From: Dysgonomonas sp. | Lineage (GTDB): Bacteria > Bacteroidota > Bacteroidia > Bacteroidales > Dysgonomonadaceae | Length of the DNA: 64,000 bases | Direction: 5' to 3' | Assembly (NCBI GenBank): GCA_032477155.1 | Contig: JAWDXK010000021.1 | Span: forward strand, 272-64,271 | Part shown: positions 27,071-36,041 of the stretch, piece after piece | Numbering within the stretch: the stretch's first letter is position 1 | Layout of the letters: each line of letters opens with the position of its first letter | Made by a program: the position numbers and the translations under genes | Notes under the pieces: generated by a model | Databases searched by the model: none | What the model saw: only the letters and a program-made list of their open reading frames with translations | What the model was told of the DNA's origin: nothing

Positions 27071-27397
27071 CTATGGCTGTTGTTTATAAACAGGATTATT
27101 AGGCAATAACTCTCTATACCATTTCTCTAATTTGTTATCCTTAAACAAGAACAAATAGAATTCTTCTTCATTTTGAGGATAATTTCTATAAGATAACACT
27201 TCTACCTTGACACCATTTTCTATTCGTTTTTCTGCGATAGTATATTCTTTCCCTAAGATTGATGTTACTTGTTCTTTTGACATACCTAATTCAAGTTTAT
27301 TCATCTTAGAACTGGTCATAACGGATACTGTTGAACAAGCAGTCATAAGCAAAATCATAAAAGAAAAAAGCATTTTTTTAATCGTTTTCATAAGCAA
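27071..27397 (-). CDS. Small lipoprotein, SmpA/OmlA-like fold
   Basis: Lipobox MTAC, KLELGMSKEQVTSILG, LFKDNKLEKW. Own -7 TATCTTTG at 27430-27423. Confidence 0.75.
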   Translation of the reverse strand: MLMKTIKKMLFSFMILLMTACSTVSVMTSSKMNKLELGMSKEQVTSILGKEYTIAEKRIENGVKVEVLSYRNYPQNEEEFYLFLFKDNKLEKWYRELLPNNPVYKQQP

Positions 27398-27467
27398 TTT
27401 TATTATCTAAATTATGCCACCACAAAGATAGCGTTTAATCTCATTAAAATATTTAATCATTTGATTA

Positions 27468-28319
27468 CTACTCTGAATCGTCCTTTTCCATTCTCCTGAT
27501 AAGTGCCTCTATCAGTTTGTTGAGGAAAGGTGTTCGGTCTTTTTTGCGACTTTTGATAGCAACATAAGTCCTGTAGTAATCTCCCAAGTCAATATCGAAA
27601 TTGACCTCTATGAAGTTCATTATCTCCTTCACATCTACATTTCCGTTGTTTATGGCTCCGCTGTCCCTCATGGAGTAACCTAATTCGATAGCATCGGATT
27701 TTGAGCCAGTCCATTTCAAATTGTTGTTCGGTAATAACTCCCGGCTCTTTTTGATAATGACTTGTTTCTCTATGCTATGCTTTTTCTTGTTCAGGTATAT
27801 CCTTAACATTTCGTTGCAGATAATCTTCGCCACCTTATAATCATACCCGGTTGAGAACAGCGGATCGAGTATGTATTTCGCACTATCTACACAAAGTTGA
27901 GGACTTGATTTTCCCCTTATAAAGTATTGCTCGTCTAAATAGGTCGAGTTGGCTCTGTAATATTGGTGGAAATCCAAATTGCGCTCAAAGAAATACGTCA
28001 GGCTCATTAGTTCCTTATCGTAATACTCGCTTTGGGTTTCATTACTGCCAATAGGACGTTTTAACTCAATGTTATGTATCTTATTGAAATACAACAATAA
28101 GCCCAACACTTCGGGTTTCATTTCTTTGAAAAATGCGATTTCTTCCTCCGGGGTTATTGACTTCAAAACGAGAAAATAGTCCCGAAGTTCAGATAAACAA
28201 TCTTCCAGATATTTAATCATTCTGACAGAATCCCCTATGGGAATGTCGCAACCTTCCAAATCAATGCTTTGCAACTCTGTTTGGATTTTCGCTGATAGAC
28301 GTGTGTAAAAATCTCTCAT
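27468..28319 (-). CDS. rteC: RteC-family conjugation/excision regulator
   Basis: EEIAFFKEMKP, FHQYYRANSTYLDEQYFIRG, FSTGYDYKVAKII, LKWTGSKSDAIEL, IKSRKKDRTPFL. Confidence 0.93.
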   Translation of the reverse strand: MRDFYTRLSAKIQTELQSIDLEGCDIPIGDSVRMIKYLEDCLSELRDYFLVLKSITPEEEIAFFKEMKPEVLGLLLYFNKIHNIELKRPIGSNETQSEYYDKELMSLTYFFERNLDFHQYYRANSTYLDEQYFIRGKSSPQLCVDSAKYILDPLFSTGYDYKVAKIICNEMLRIYLNKKKHSIEKQVIIKKSRELLPNNNLKWTGSKSDAIELGYSMRDSGAINNGNVDVKEIMNFIEVNFDIDLGDYYRTYVAIKSRKKDRTPFLNKLIEALIRRMEKDDSE

Positions 28320-28326
28320 AATCTTC

Positions 28327-28998
28327 TTATTTTATTATTTCTCCATCTACTAAGTGAATGATGCGATCCGATTGTCTGGCAAAATCGTCGTCATGGGTAA
28401 CGGTTAAAATCGTATATCCCTTTTCGGCTGTCAGTTCCCGGAACAGGTCTAAGACAATACGGGTGTTGTTCGTATCTAAATTTCCAGTCGGTTCGTCGCC
28501 GATAATAATTGCAGGCTCATTAATCAATGCCCTTGCAATGGCGACACGCTGTTGCTGTCCGCCCGAAAGAAGCGATGCCCGTTTTTGTGCCTGTTCCCGC
28601 ACATCCAACAACCCAAGCAAGTCAATAGCTTTGCTTTCGATTTCCTCTTTGGAATACTTACCTTGTTTCAACGCCGGAAGCATTACATTTTGAAGCACAG
28701 TAAAATCAGGTAGCAGGTAATGAAACTGAAAAATGAATCCGATATTACTGTTCCTGAAACCAGACAGCCATTTGTTACCCTTGCCTTTTATCTTGTTCCC
28801 GTTTATTTTTATACTCCCCTCAAAATCGCTATCCATTGTCGAGAGCAGGTACAATAGGGTTGATTTTCCGCTTCCCGACTTACCTGTTATCGAAGTCAGT
28901 TTCCCCTTTTCGATGCTGAAATTCAGATTTTTCAGCACCCAAAAATCCGTAGGGGTGTAAAAATGCTTGTTCAGATTTTCCACTTTCAGTATTTCCAT
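28327..28998 (-). CDS. ABC transporter ATP-binding protein (LolD/MacB-like)
   Basis: GKSGSGKST, GFIFQFHYLL, LSGGQQQRVAIARAL, DEPTGNLD. Confidence 0.95.
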   Translation of the reverse strand: MEILKVENLNKHFYTPTDFWVLKNLNFSIEKGKLTSITGKSGSGKSTLLYLLSTMDSDFEGSIKINGNKIKGKGNKWLSGFRNSNIGFIFQFHYLLPDFTVLQNVMLPALKQGKYSKEEIESKAIDLLGLLDVREQAQKRASLLSGGQQQRVAIARALINEPAIIIGDEPTGNLDTNNTRIVLDLFRELTAEKGYTILTVTHDDDFARQSDRIIHLVDGEIIK

Positions 28999-29002
28999 AT
29001 TC

Positions 29003-30265
29003 CTATCCTCTTATGATGTAAACAGGGTCTATGCGGGCAGCCTTTCGCGCCGGGATGTAGCCCGACAGGAAAGCAGTCAGAATCCCGAACGACAAGCCCG
29101 ATATATAAAATGCTTTATTAAAGCTGATCGGCAGATGATTGATTGAAGAAAACAGTTCGCTTTCATAAGGGATAAGAGATACCCCGTATGAAATAAGGAA
29201 TCCGAATAACAGTCCCAGCAACGACCCGACGATGCCGATTACAAAGGACTGGATAAGGATAATTCCCCGTACATCATCGTTGGAGAATCCCATAGCTTTT
29301 AGTATGGCTATCTCTTTCATTTTCTCGTATATCATCATATTGAGTATGTTGTATATACCGAATCCGGCAACCAGCAACAGGCAGATAGCGACACAATAGA
29401 CGACCATGTTTTGCATGGCTTCGTTCTCAAAAGCAAGGGCGTTGTCTTTCATCCAGTCGGACGTACTGCACCCGTATTTTGCCCTGTATTCATCCGATAC
29501 GGCAAAAGCCATATCCTTATCGTGCAGTTTGATTTTAATATCGGTTATATACGAAAAGGGAACGGATAGTATCTTCTGAACGGTCGCCAGACTTGCGTAG
29601 CATTGTTCTATATCAATTTCGGGAATACCTGTTTTGAAAATTCCGATAACCGTCATGGTCAGGTATTCTCCCTTTTGTGTGGTAACGGTAATTTTATCGC
29701 CCGAACGGACATTGATTTTCTTTGCCAATCCCGAAGCCATGACCAAACTGTTAGGCGTAGTATTCAGTTCGGTAAAGCTGCCTTCCCTTAATTTGGTAGC
29801 CAGATTGAGCAGGACGTTTTCATCATCGTAGTTAATCCCGGTAATCTGCCCGTTGAAGAGGGACAGCCCGACTTCGTAAAACACCTGCGTTTTAACCGAC
29901 CCTGAAACCGCTGAAACTCGCTCATCCTGCCGTATTTCCTGTATAACCTGCAATCCGTCTTTTATATTCGGCAATACCGCTTTGGGCTTGACGTGGTGCG
30001 TATAATTTTGTGTGTTCGGACTGATTTTATCCAAGATTGTATGTTGGGCGATTTCCGGCTCGTTATACAGGCGCACATGAGGTGTTTGTTCCAACGTAAT
30101 TTCCTGCACATATCCGTTCAGTCCTTTCACGTATGCGAGCAGGAATATAAATACCGTAACCCCGAAAACAACGCCTGCCGTTGCTATTATGGATTGCTTC
30201 TGCCTTGTTCTCATTTGGGAAAAGGCTACGGAAGCGGCTAACCGTATATCTTTAATTACGCTCAT
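29003..30265 (-). CDS. ABC transporter permease (LolC/E, MacB/FtsX family)
   Basis: 1 TM + large periplasmic loop + 3 TM; KEIAILKAMGF, PARKAARIDPV. Confidence 0.93.
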   Translation of the reverse strand: MSVIKDIRLAASVAFSQMRTRQKQSIIATAGVVFGVTVFIFLLAYVKGLNGYVQEITLEQTPHVRLYNEPEIAQHTILDKISPNTQNYTHHVKPKAVLPNIKDGLQVIQEIRQDERVSAVSGSVKTQVFYEVGLSLFNGQITGINYDDENVLLNLATKLREGSFTELNTTPNSLVMASGLAKKINVRSGDKITVTTQKGEYLTMTVIGIFKTGIPEIDIEQCYASLATVQKILSVPFSYITDIKIKLHDKDMAFAVSDEYRAKYGCSTSDWMKDNALAFENEAMQNMVVYCVAICLLLVAGFGIYNILNMMIYEKMKEIAILKAMGFSNDDVRGIILIQSFVIGIVGSLLGLLFGFLISYGVSLIPYESELFSSINHLPISFNKAFYISGLSFGILTAFLSGYIPARKAARIDPVYIIRG

Positions 30266-31350
30266 TGCCGGGCAGGTTTTAGAATCATATCCCCGGTAAC
30301 AACGCCCGATTTAACTTCAACCAAATCGTTTATCCTGATTCCTGTTTTCACCGGAATCATTTTATCATCGGCTTGTAGTACGCTATCCCCTTTGAACAGG
30401 TAATCGAAAGGAATCATCGTCGCTTTGATGTTCTCACGTATGATAATACAGGCTTCTACGGAAGATTGGGGATAGAAGAAATCGGAACCGGATATAACGG
30501 CATCTACTTTGAAATACCTTGATTCTTTCCGCATCACCGGGTCAATCTTTGAAATGCAGGCTTCAAACTGCCTGTCGGGATAGGTATTCGATTCAAAATA
30601 TACTTTTTGACCGATAGTGATTTTATTTATATCCCGTTCGTCAATGGATAATTCCAGTTTGAAAGCGTTATCCACTCCGACCATTAATACAGGGGATTCG
30701 CTTTCCGCTATTTCTCCCTGCTCTTTCAGAATGGAATAAACTTTGCCCGATATATTGCTTCTTATCGCATTGTCGTTGTATTGCCGGGAAATATCTGCCA
30801 GTTGCAGTTCGCTTGCGAGTAGTTTGTCATTCAGCCTGCTTTTTGTAGCTGTATATTGCTCCTGTAAAGTGCTCACTTCTGCCAAACTCCTTTCTGCCGC
30901 AAGCTGTCTATCTTCCGCTTCCTTTGGCGACACGGCTTTATCGACGGCTAATTTCTGGTAGCGTTCCGCATTCGTCTTATCCTGCCTGTATTGCTGTTCG
31001 GCTATATCTATTTTAGTCCGAATCTCGTTCAGTATGGCGGAATTTCCGCTTGCGTTCTCTCTGGCAATAGCAACCTGACCTGCCGCCAACCGGATTTTTT
31101 CGGTATCGTCCGTACTCCCCATGATAACCAATAGGTCGCCTGCCGACACCCTGTCGCCCTCTTTTACCAATATTTGCAGGATAGGTGCTGTCTTAGGCGA
31201 TTTAAGGAAATAGTATTGTATCGGATAGACCTCTCCCGAAGCATATACAGCTTCGTTTATGGTATGTTCGACTACTGTATATGGTTCTCCATTCTGTTTG
31301 CAGGCGCAAAAGAGGATTGCAAGTATAAAGATTGGAATACTGTTTTTCAT
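30262..31350 (-). CDS. Efflux periplasmic adaptor (MFP) lipoprotein
   Basis: Lipobox FCAC, VKEGDRVSAGD lipoyl half, helical hairpin, IRSNISGKV. Likely start is MKNS at 31350. Confidence 0.9.
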   Translation of the reverse strand: MKNSIPIFILAILFCACKQNGEPYTVVEHTINEAVYASGEVYPIQYYFLKSPKTAPILQILVKEGDRVSAGDLLVIMGSTDDTEKIRLAAGQVAIARENASGNSAILNEIRTKIDIAEQQYRQDKTNAERYQKLAVDKAVSPKEAEDRQLAAERSLAEVSTLQEQYTATKSRLNDKLLASELQLADISRQYNDNAIRSNISGKVYSILKEQGEIAESESPVLMVGVDNAFKLELSIDERDINKITIGQKVYFESNTYPDRQFEACISKIDPVMRKESRYFKVDAVISGSDFFYPQSSVEACIIIRENIKATMIPFDYLFKGDSVLQADDKMIPVKTGIRINDLVEVKSGVVTGDMILKPARQ

Positions 31351-31354
31351 TCTC

Positions 31355-32650
31355 TTATTTGCTTTGTAAATAGATGATTTCGACATAGTGTTTCAAGTAG
31401 TTAGTTATTGCCTGATTGTATTTATTCTGTTCGTCCATTAAATCCTGTTGAATCTGCTTGAGTTGTAGCATATCAATAATCCCACTCTCTATTTTCTGAA
31501 TACTCAACCGTTCGTTTTCTTCGGCAAGGCGTAATTTTTCTTCCTGTATATGGAGAGTTTCCCAGCCGCTTTGAAGATTTATAGCGTGTTGCATAAAGGC
31601 TCTACGCTGACTATTCTCATAGTGCTGAAAATCTTGTTTTGCTTGTGCAACGATTATTTTCCCCTTTTGTGATTGCCGGACATTAGACATGGAGAATAAA
31701 GGTATGCTTAACCGTACCCCGACGAACGACGAAGTATGCCACGCGGAGGATTGAGTAATATATTTGCTCTTTTCTCCGAAACCGAGTTGTCCGTAACTTC
31801 CGACAAGTTCCAGTTTGGGATAAAAAGCGGATAAGCGGGCTTTGTTATCCCTTTCTGCAATATCTATTTTCAACCGTTCGGCTTCATAGTCCGGCAAGCG
31901 GTTACTCTCAAAACAGCCTATTTCGGGGGCGGGGATCTGATTATTCTGCTGAACGGTTAAAACGGAATCCAACGGGTAGCCCATCCAAAATTTCAAATCC
32001 GCAAGACCGCTTTCTACTTTATAGCCTGCCTGCAAATAGATTTCTTCCTGATTTTTTAATAGACCTAAAGACTGGTTGAAAGAAATTTGATCCAACAGAC
32101 CTTCATTAAACATCTTTTTGACTAATTCATGCACCTGCTTTTGGTTGTCATAGCGTTGCCGGGCAGTCGCAAATTCATTGCTGTATTGTTGAACCAAATA
32201 GAACGATATAGATACATTCCTCGATAAAAGTTTTTCAACCGAAGCGTGTTCATGTCGCTTTGCCTGTTCCCGTAAAGCCGACAATTTGATTTCCGACCAT
32301 ATTTCGGGATTGATAAGGTTTAGTTTCACATCTATTCCATAGCACCCTGCATGGGTGGTTGTGGTCGGTACTGTAATGAATGTTCCGGGAGATTGCCCTA
32401 CCAACTCTCCGGGCAGGGTTTGTACAGGAACTTTCCAATAATAATCCAAATTGGCACTGGCAGATATTTCGGGAAACAGTCTGCCTTGAACGGCTTTGCG
32501 TTCCATGCTCTGTATCTCCGTCCCGTATCGGCTCGAAAGTAGTTGCTTATTGTTTTCCAGCGCATAAGACAAACATTTGTCTAAATTCCAGTCTTGCGCC
32601 ATGCAAGATAAAGCAGGGAAAAGCGTTAATATTAAAAGTGCAGCTTTCAT
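31355..32650 (-). CDS. TolC-family outer membrane efflux protein
   Basis: WNLDKCLSYALENN, FYPKLEL, VGVRLSIPLF and helical repeats; signal peptide. Confidence 0.9.
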   Translation of the reverse strand: MKAALLILTLFPALSCMAQDWNLDKCLSYALENNKQLLSSRYGTEIQSMERKAVQGRLFPEISASANLDYYWKVPVQTLPGELVGQSPGTFITVPTTTTHAGCYGIDVKLNLINPEIWSEIKLSALREQAKRHEHASVEKLLSRNVSISFYLVQQYSNEFATARQRYDNQKQVHELVKKMFNEGLLDQISFNQSLGLLKNQEEIYLQAGYKVESGLADLKFWMGYPLDSVLTVQQNNQIPAPEIGCFESNRLPDYEAERLKIDIAERDNKARLSAFYPKLELVGSYGQLGFGEKSKYITQSSAWHTSSFVGVRLSIPLFSMSNVRQSQKGKIIVAQAKQDFQHYENSQRRAFMQHAINLQSGWETLHIQEEKLRLAEENERLSIQKIESGIIDMLQLKQIQQDLMDEQNKYNQAITNYLKHYVEIIYLQSK

Positions 32651-32703
32651 TTATTTATTCTGTTATTTATACTGCAAAATAAAGGGAGGCTGACGGGAAC
32701 AGG

Positions 32704-32746
32704 AAAAGTATTTGACCATTGGTAGAAACCAACTGACAACTGGTAG
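32704..32746 (-). promoter_or_regulatory. LytTR-type direct-repeat box upstream of tolC operon
   Basis: tgaccattggtag (32713) and tgacaactggtag (32734), 21-bp period. Near-identical copy at 35622-35664. Confidence 0.75.
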
Positions 32747-32804
32747 CTAATCAATTAGGAGAATACTTTATCTTTGTACTGAAGAATTAAAGAGGATAAA
32801 AGAT

Positions 32805-33833
32805 ATGAAGCTAAGTTTCTTAAAACATTATAATTTCTACATCGGGATAATATGGATAATACTATTCATAGCCCTTTGGATGCAATTCTCATCGAGAGCC
32901 CCCATCGGGGAATCCCTTTTGTTTACTTTCTGCTTTACGGTTTGCTCTTTTGCGGTAAGTACCTTTATCAGCCGTAAAATCGTTCCGAAAGCACTTGCCA
33001 ACAAAAAACTGAACCCGTTTATATTTCAGTTTATTCTGGGTGTCCTGTTTTTGGCTTTTCTACTGGAGTTAATCGTAGAGTTGTTTTATATCCTTGAAAG
33101 CAACGGGGTCTTTAGTGTTTCTCCGTTGATTTCCGACATACACGACCCGTTCATTATCGGGATTTTGGGTATGCTTCCGACCTCTATAATGGTTATTGCA
33201 GGATTTTGCGGACTTGAACTGTTCCGCGCCCATGCCGTACAGGAAAAGGAGCGATTGGAAGACCAGTTGAACTTTCTGAAAAGTCAGGTAAACCCGCATC
33301 TTACGTTCAATGTATTGAACCATATTCATATCCTTATTTATAAAGACGTGGAACTGGCGGACGAACTTCTTTTGCGCTTTTCGGACGTTTTGCGCTATCA
33401 ACTGTATGAATGCAATAACGATGTTGTCTTGCTGGAATCCGATCTAAAGTATGTAAAGGATATTGTCGAGATTGAAAAAATGAGGTGGGGCAATGAATTG
33501 GACGTTAATGCCAAATTCGAGATTGAAGATAGTACCGCAGCTATACGTCCTTTAATGCTTATCCCTTTCATAGAGAACGCATTTAAGCACGTTTCCCGTT
33601 TGCCCGATAAGAAAGGATATGTAAAAATAGACTTCTCCCAAAAGGGTAAATCCGTTCGCCTGATTGTGGAGAACTCAAAGTCGGCGACACCACCCCGGAA
33701 AAACGAACATTCGGGTTTGGGATTAGTGAATACAAAAAAACGGTTGGAAATATCTTATCCCGAAAAGTATCAGTTGGATATTCGGGAAACAGATAATATA
33801 TACAAAATAGACCTCCAAATTACTTTAGAATAA
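32805..33833 (+). CDS. LytS-type sensor histidine kinase
   Basis: About 4 TM helices with no large periplasmic domain; LKSQVNPH, LRYQLYE, PFIENAFKH, SGLGLVN. Perfect -7 at 32769-32776. Confidence 0.93.
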   Translation: MKLSFLKHYNFYIGIIWIILFIALWMQFSSRAPIGESLLFTFCFTVCSFAVSTFISRKIVPKALANKKLNPFIFQFILGVLFLAFLLELIVELFYILESNGVFSVSPLISDIHDPFIIGILGMLPTSIMVIAGFCGLELFRAHAVQEKERLEDQLNFLKSQVNPHLTFNVLNHIHILIYKDVELADELLLRFSDVLRYQLYECNNDVVLLESDLKYVKDIVEIEKMRWGNELDVNAKFEIEDSTAAIRPLMLIPFIENAFKHVSRLPDKKGYVKIDFSQKGKSVRLIVENSKSATPPRKNEHSGLGLVNTKKRLEISYPEKYQLDIRETDNIYKIDLQITLE

Positions 33834-33838
33834 CATGT

Positions 33839-34600
33839 ATGGCAGAAATAATTTCACAACAGACCGATAGTATTCCTCTAAAATGCCTTGTGGTCGATGA
33901 TGAACCAATGGCGCGGGAGGGAATGGCTGACTTAATATCTAAAGTCGAGTTTCTGAATCTGGCGGGCACTTGTGCGTCTGCTATGGAAGCAAGGGAATTT
34001 ATAGACCGCAACCCTGTCGATCTCCTTTTCCTCGATATAAATATGCCTTACCTCTCCGGGTTGGAATTTCTCGAATCGCTTGATAATGCACCGCTAACAG
34101 TCCTGACAACGGCATATCCGCAGTACGCAATGGACGGCTATCGGTTTCAGGTAGTGGACTACCTGCTGAAACCTATCGCGTTTAAGCGTTTTTATCAGTC
34201 AGCCATAAATGCCCAGCAAACTTATCGTTTGCACGAACTGGCGAAGAAAGAGGGCAAGAGCAAGAAGCAATCCGTCTTATACGTCAAACAGGGCGATGCT
34301 TACCAACGGATTGTATGGGAGGATATTTTGTATATCGAGGGGATGCAGAATTATGTGAAAATCCACTTTCCGGGAGAAACTAAAATCATTCTCCAGACGA
34401 TTACATCATTGGAAGAAATGCTCCCCAAAGAGGAATTTTTCAGAATACACAAGTCCTACTTGGTAAACGTCAATCATATAGATTCTATCGAGGGTGGACG
34501 GATTTTCATAGGCAAAAACGAACTGCCTATTTCGCGGCATCGGAAAAATGAATTGCTCAATACGGTGGTTTTCCAAAACTTACTAAGCAAGAATAAATAA
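33839..34600 (+). CDS. LytTR-family response regulator
   Basis: VVDDEPMA, FLDINMP, DYLLKP receiver; YIEGMQNYV, FFRIHKSYLVN LytTR domain. Confidence 0.95.
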   Translation: MAEIISQQTDSIPLKCLVVDDEPMAREGMADLISKVEFLNLAGTCASAMEAREFIDRNPVDLLFLDINMPYLSGLEFLESLDNAPLTVLTTAYPQYAMDGYRFQVVDYLLKPIAFKRFYQSAINAQQTYRLHELAKKEGKSKKQSVLYVKQGDAYQRIVWEDILYIEGMQNYVKIHFPGETKIILQTITSLEEMLPKEEFFRIHKSYLVNVNHIDSIEGGRIFIGKNELPISRHRKNELLNTVVFQNLLSKNK

Positions 34601-34603
34601 CAC

Positions 34604-34636
34604 AAAAAAGCCTGCTCCGATTGAAGCAGGCTTTTT
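34604..34636. terminator. Bidirectional terminator
   Basis: aaaaaagcctgct-ccgattga-agcaggcttttt between convergent genes. Confidence 0.8.
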
Positions 34637-34655
34637 GACAGATAGATTGTAAACT

Positions 34656-35570
34656 CTAAAATCCGTATTTATATCCGATTGAGAAGTAGCCGGAGGTCTT
34701 AAACGAAGGGTCGAACTCACGCCCGAACCAACGGAAATAATCTTTTATGGAGCGATTCACAACAACGGCATCCCGATACCAGTTTCCGCCACCGGTTATT
34801 TGAATAGATGATTGTTTCCCTATTCTAAAGTCAGCCTGCAAGCCGGATTTCATCGACATTGTACCGAATAGCTTTGATTTGCCGTTTACATCCATTACAG
34901 CCGACATACCGTCCAATTCAAAACCGATAAGCCTTATTTTCAGACGGTCATTCAGTTGCATAGCCCCGGATATTTCCATATTTTCGAGCATACTTATTTT
35001 TACCTCATACTTGCCGTCGAGTTGCCAGTTTACATATCCCATTGGTAAAGCCATAGGTGTACCGTAACTATTGGTAACACCGACACCTATACCAATATCG
35101 AGATTATCCAGTACATGATATACAAAGACCGCCCCGCCGCTTCCTAATATGCTTTTAGCGGTTATCTGCGAAGGATTGGAGTAGATACCTCCACCCAGAA
35201 CGGCTAACAAAGACCACTTTGGACTGATAGGCGTTAGATAGGTCAGATTTACCGATGTATTGAGAATCTTGTCAGGGTGCAAGTCGGTTGAAATGCTTTT
35301 GTTGTTGAACATAGCATAGGCAGCATCGACAGATACCGCAAGCATCTTAATCCGACCGTTATCGTACTGTTTATACTTCAACGGGAGTGAGAAACCGCCT
35401 TGCATTTTCAGCATATCGCCGGAGCCTCCGGTCTTTACATTATTCTCGTCCTTAAACGACGAAGGGGTAGCATATTCCGTCTTAAAATATACTTGTGCAT
35501 GAGATTCTGGCGAACATACCAGCACGAACACCAATAGCATGGAGCAACTTAACAAGGTTTTCATTTGCAT
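34656..35570 (-). CDS. Outer membrane beta-barrel protein (DUF6268-like)
   Basis: Signal peptide, amphipathic strands, C-terminal IGYKYGF. Start is 35570 or 35564. Confidence 0.75.
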   Translation of the reverse strand: MQMKTLLSCSMLLVFVLVCSPESHAQVYFKTEYATPSSFKDENNVKTGGSGDMLKMQGGFSLPLKYKQYDNGRIKMLAVSVDAAYAMFNNKSISTDLHPDKILNTSVNLTYLTPISPKWSLLAVLGGGIYSNPSQITAKSILGSGGAVFVYHVLDNLDIGIGVGVTNSYGTPMALPMGYVNWQLDGKYEVKISMLENMEISGAMQLNDRLKIRLIGFELDGMSAVMDVNGKSKLFGTMSMKSGLQADFRIGKQSSIQITGGGNWYRDAVVVNRSIKDYFRWFGREFDPSFKTSGYFSIGYKYGF

Positions 35571-35621
35571 ACTTTTTATATTGTTTGTGATGCAAAGATC
35601 AGGTTGCTTTGCCACTCTATA

Positions 35622-35664
35622 AAAAGTATTTGACCACTGGTAGAAACTAAATGACTATTGGTAT
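35622..35664 (-). promoter_or_regulatory. Second LytTR-type direct-repeat box, upstream of beta-barrel gene
   Basis: tgaccactggtag (35631) and tgactattggtat (35652), 21-bp period, 38 bp from -7-like GATCTTTG as at tolC. Confidence 0.75.
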
Positions 35665-35770
35665 TTTAGAGCATTTATAACGTCCTCCGCACAAAAGGAA
35701 AATATTTGCTGAAAACGAAAATCTCACAAAAGAAATAAATGTTTTTGATATGCTCTTTCGCCCAAAATGC

Positions 35771-35925
35771 TTATCTTTGTATTAAGTTATTTGAAGTAGT
35801 GCAAAACATTGTGGTTCATAGTTACTTAACTGTAACTTATCCATAACCGCCCTGTCAATCAAACTACGCGCACATTCTGATTTTCAATAACTTACTTTTC
35901 TATTTCTGATATCATACAAAGATAA
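35771..35925. other. Probable ICE right end (att region)
   Basis: Non-coding; inverted repeat taagttatttgaa/ttcaataactta; ctgattttcaataactta; compositional shift afterwards. Exact crossover not determinable. Confidence 0.5.
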
Positions 35926-36041
35926 AAGAATCCAATTCAATTTGTCAAAACATCTCTTTGATAAAAGTTTAGGAAACTTTTCACCCTAATTAACAATATT
36001 GTAAGAGATAAAAATGTATTTTTGATGTATCGAAACGCGCT

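Larger units (their letters stand above)
1..35900. mobile_element. CTnDOT/CTn341-family integrative conjugative element, right-hand part (left end and integrase outside window)
   Basis: Bacteroides-type tra cluster, mobABC, oriT motif, topoisomerase III, excisionase-like HTH genes and rteC. Sequence is visibly GC-richer than DNA after ~35.9 kb. Right boundary is approximate. Confidence 0.93.

Noticed and set aside
26236..32650. Calling the DHFR-like gene or the exporter antibiotic-resistance determinants
   Set aside because: RibD-C/DHFR-like and MacB/LolCDE-like families are functionally broad. The sequence alone does not give a substrate.
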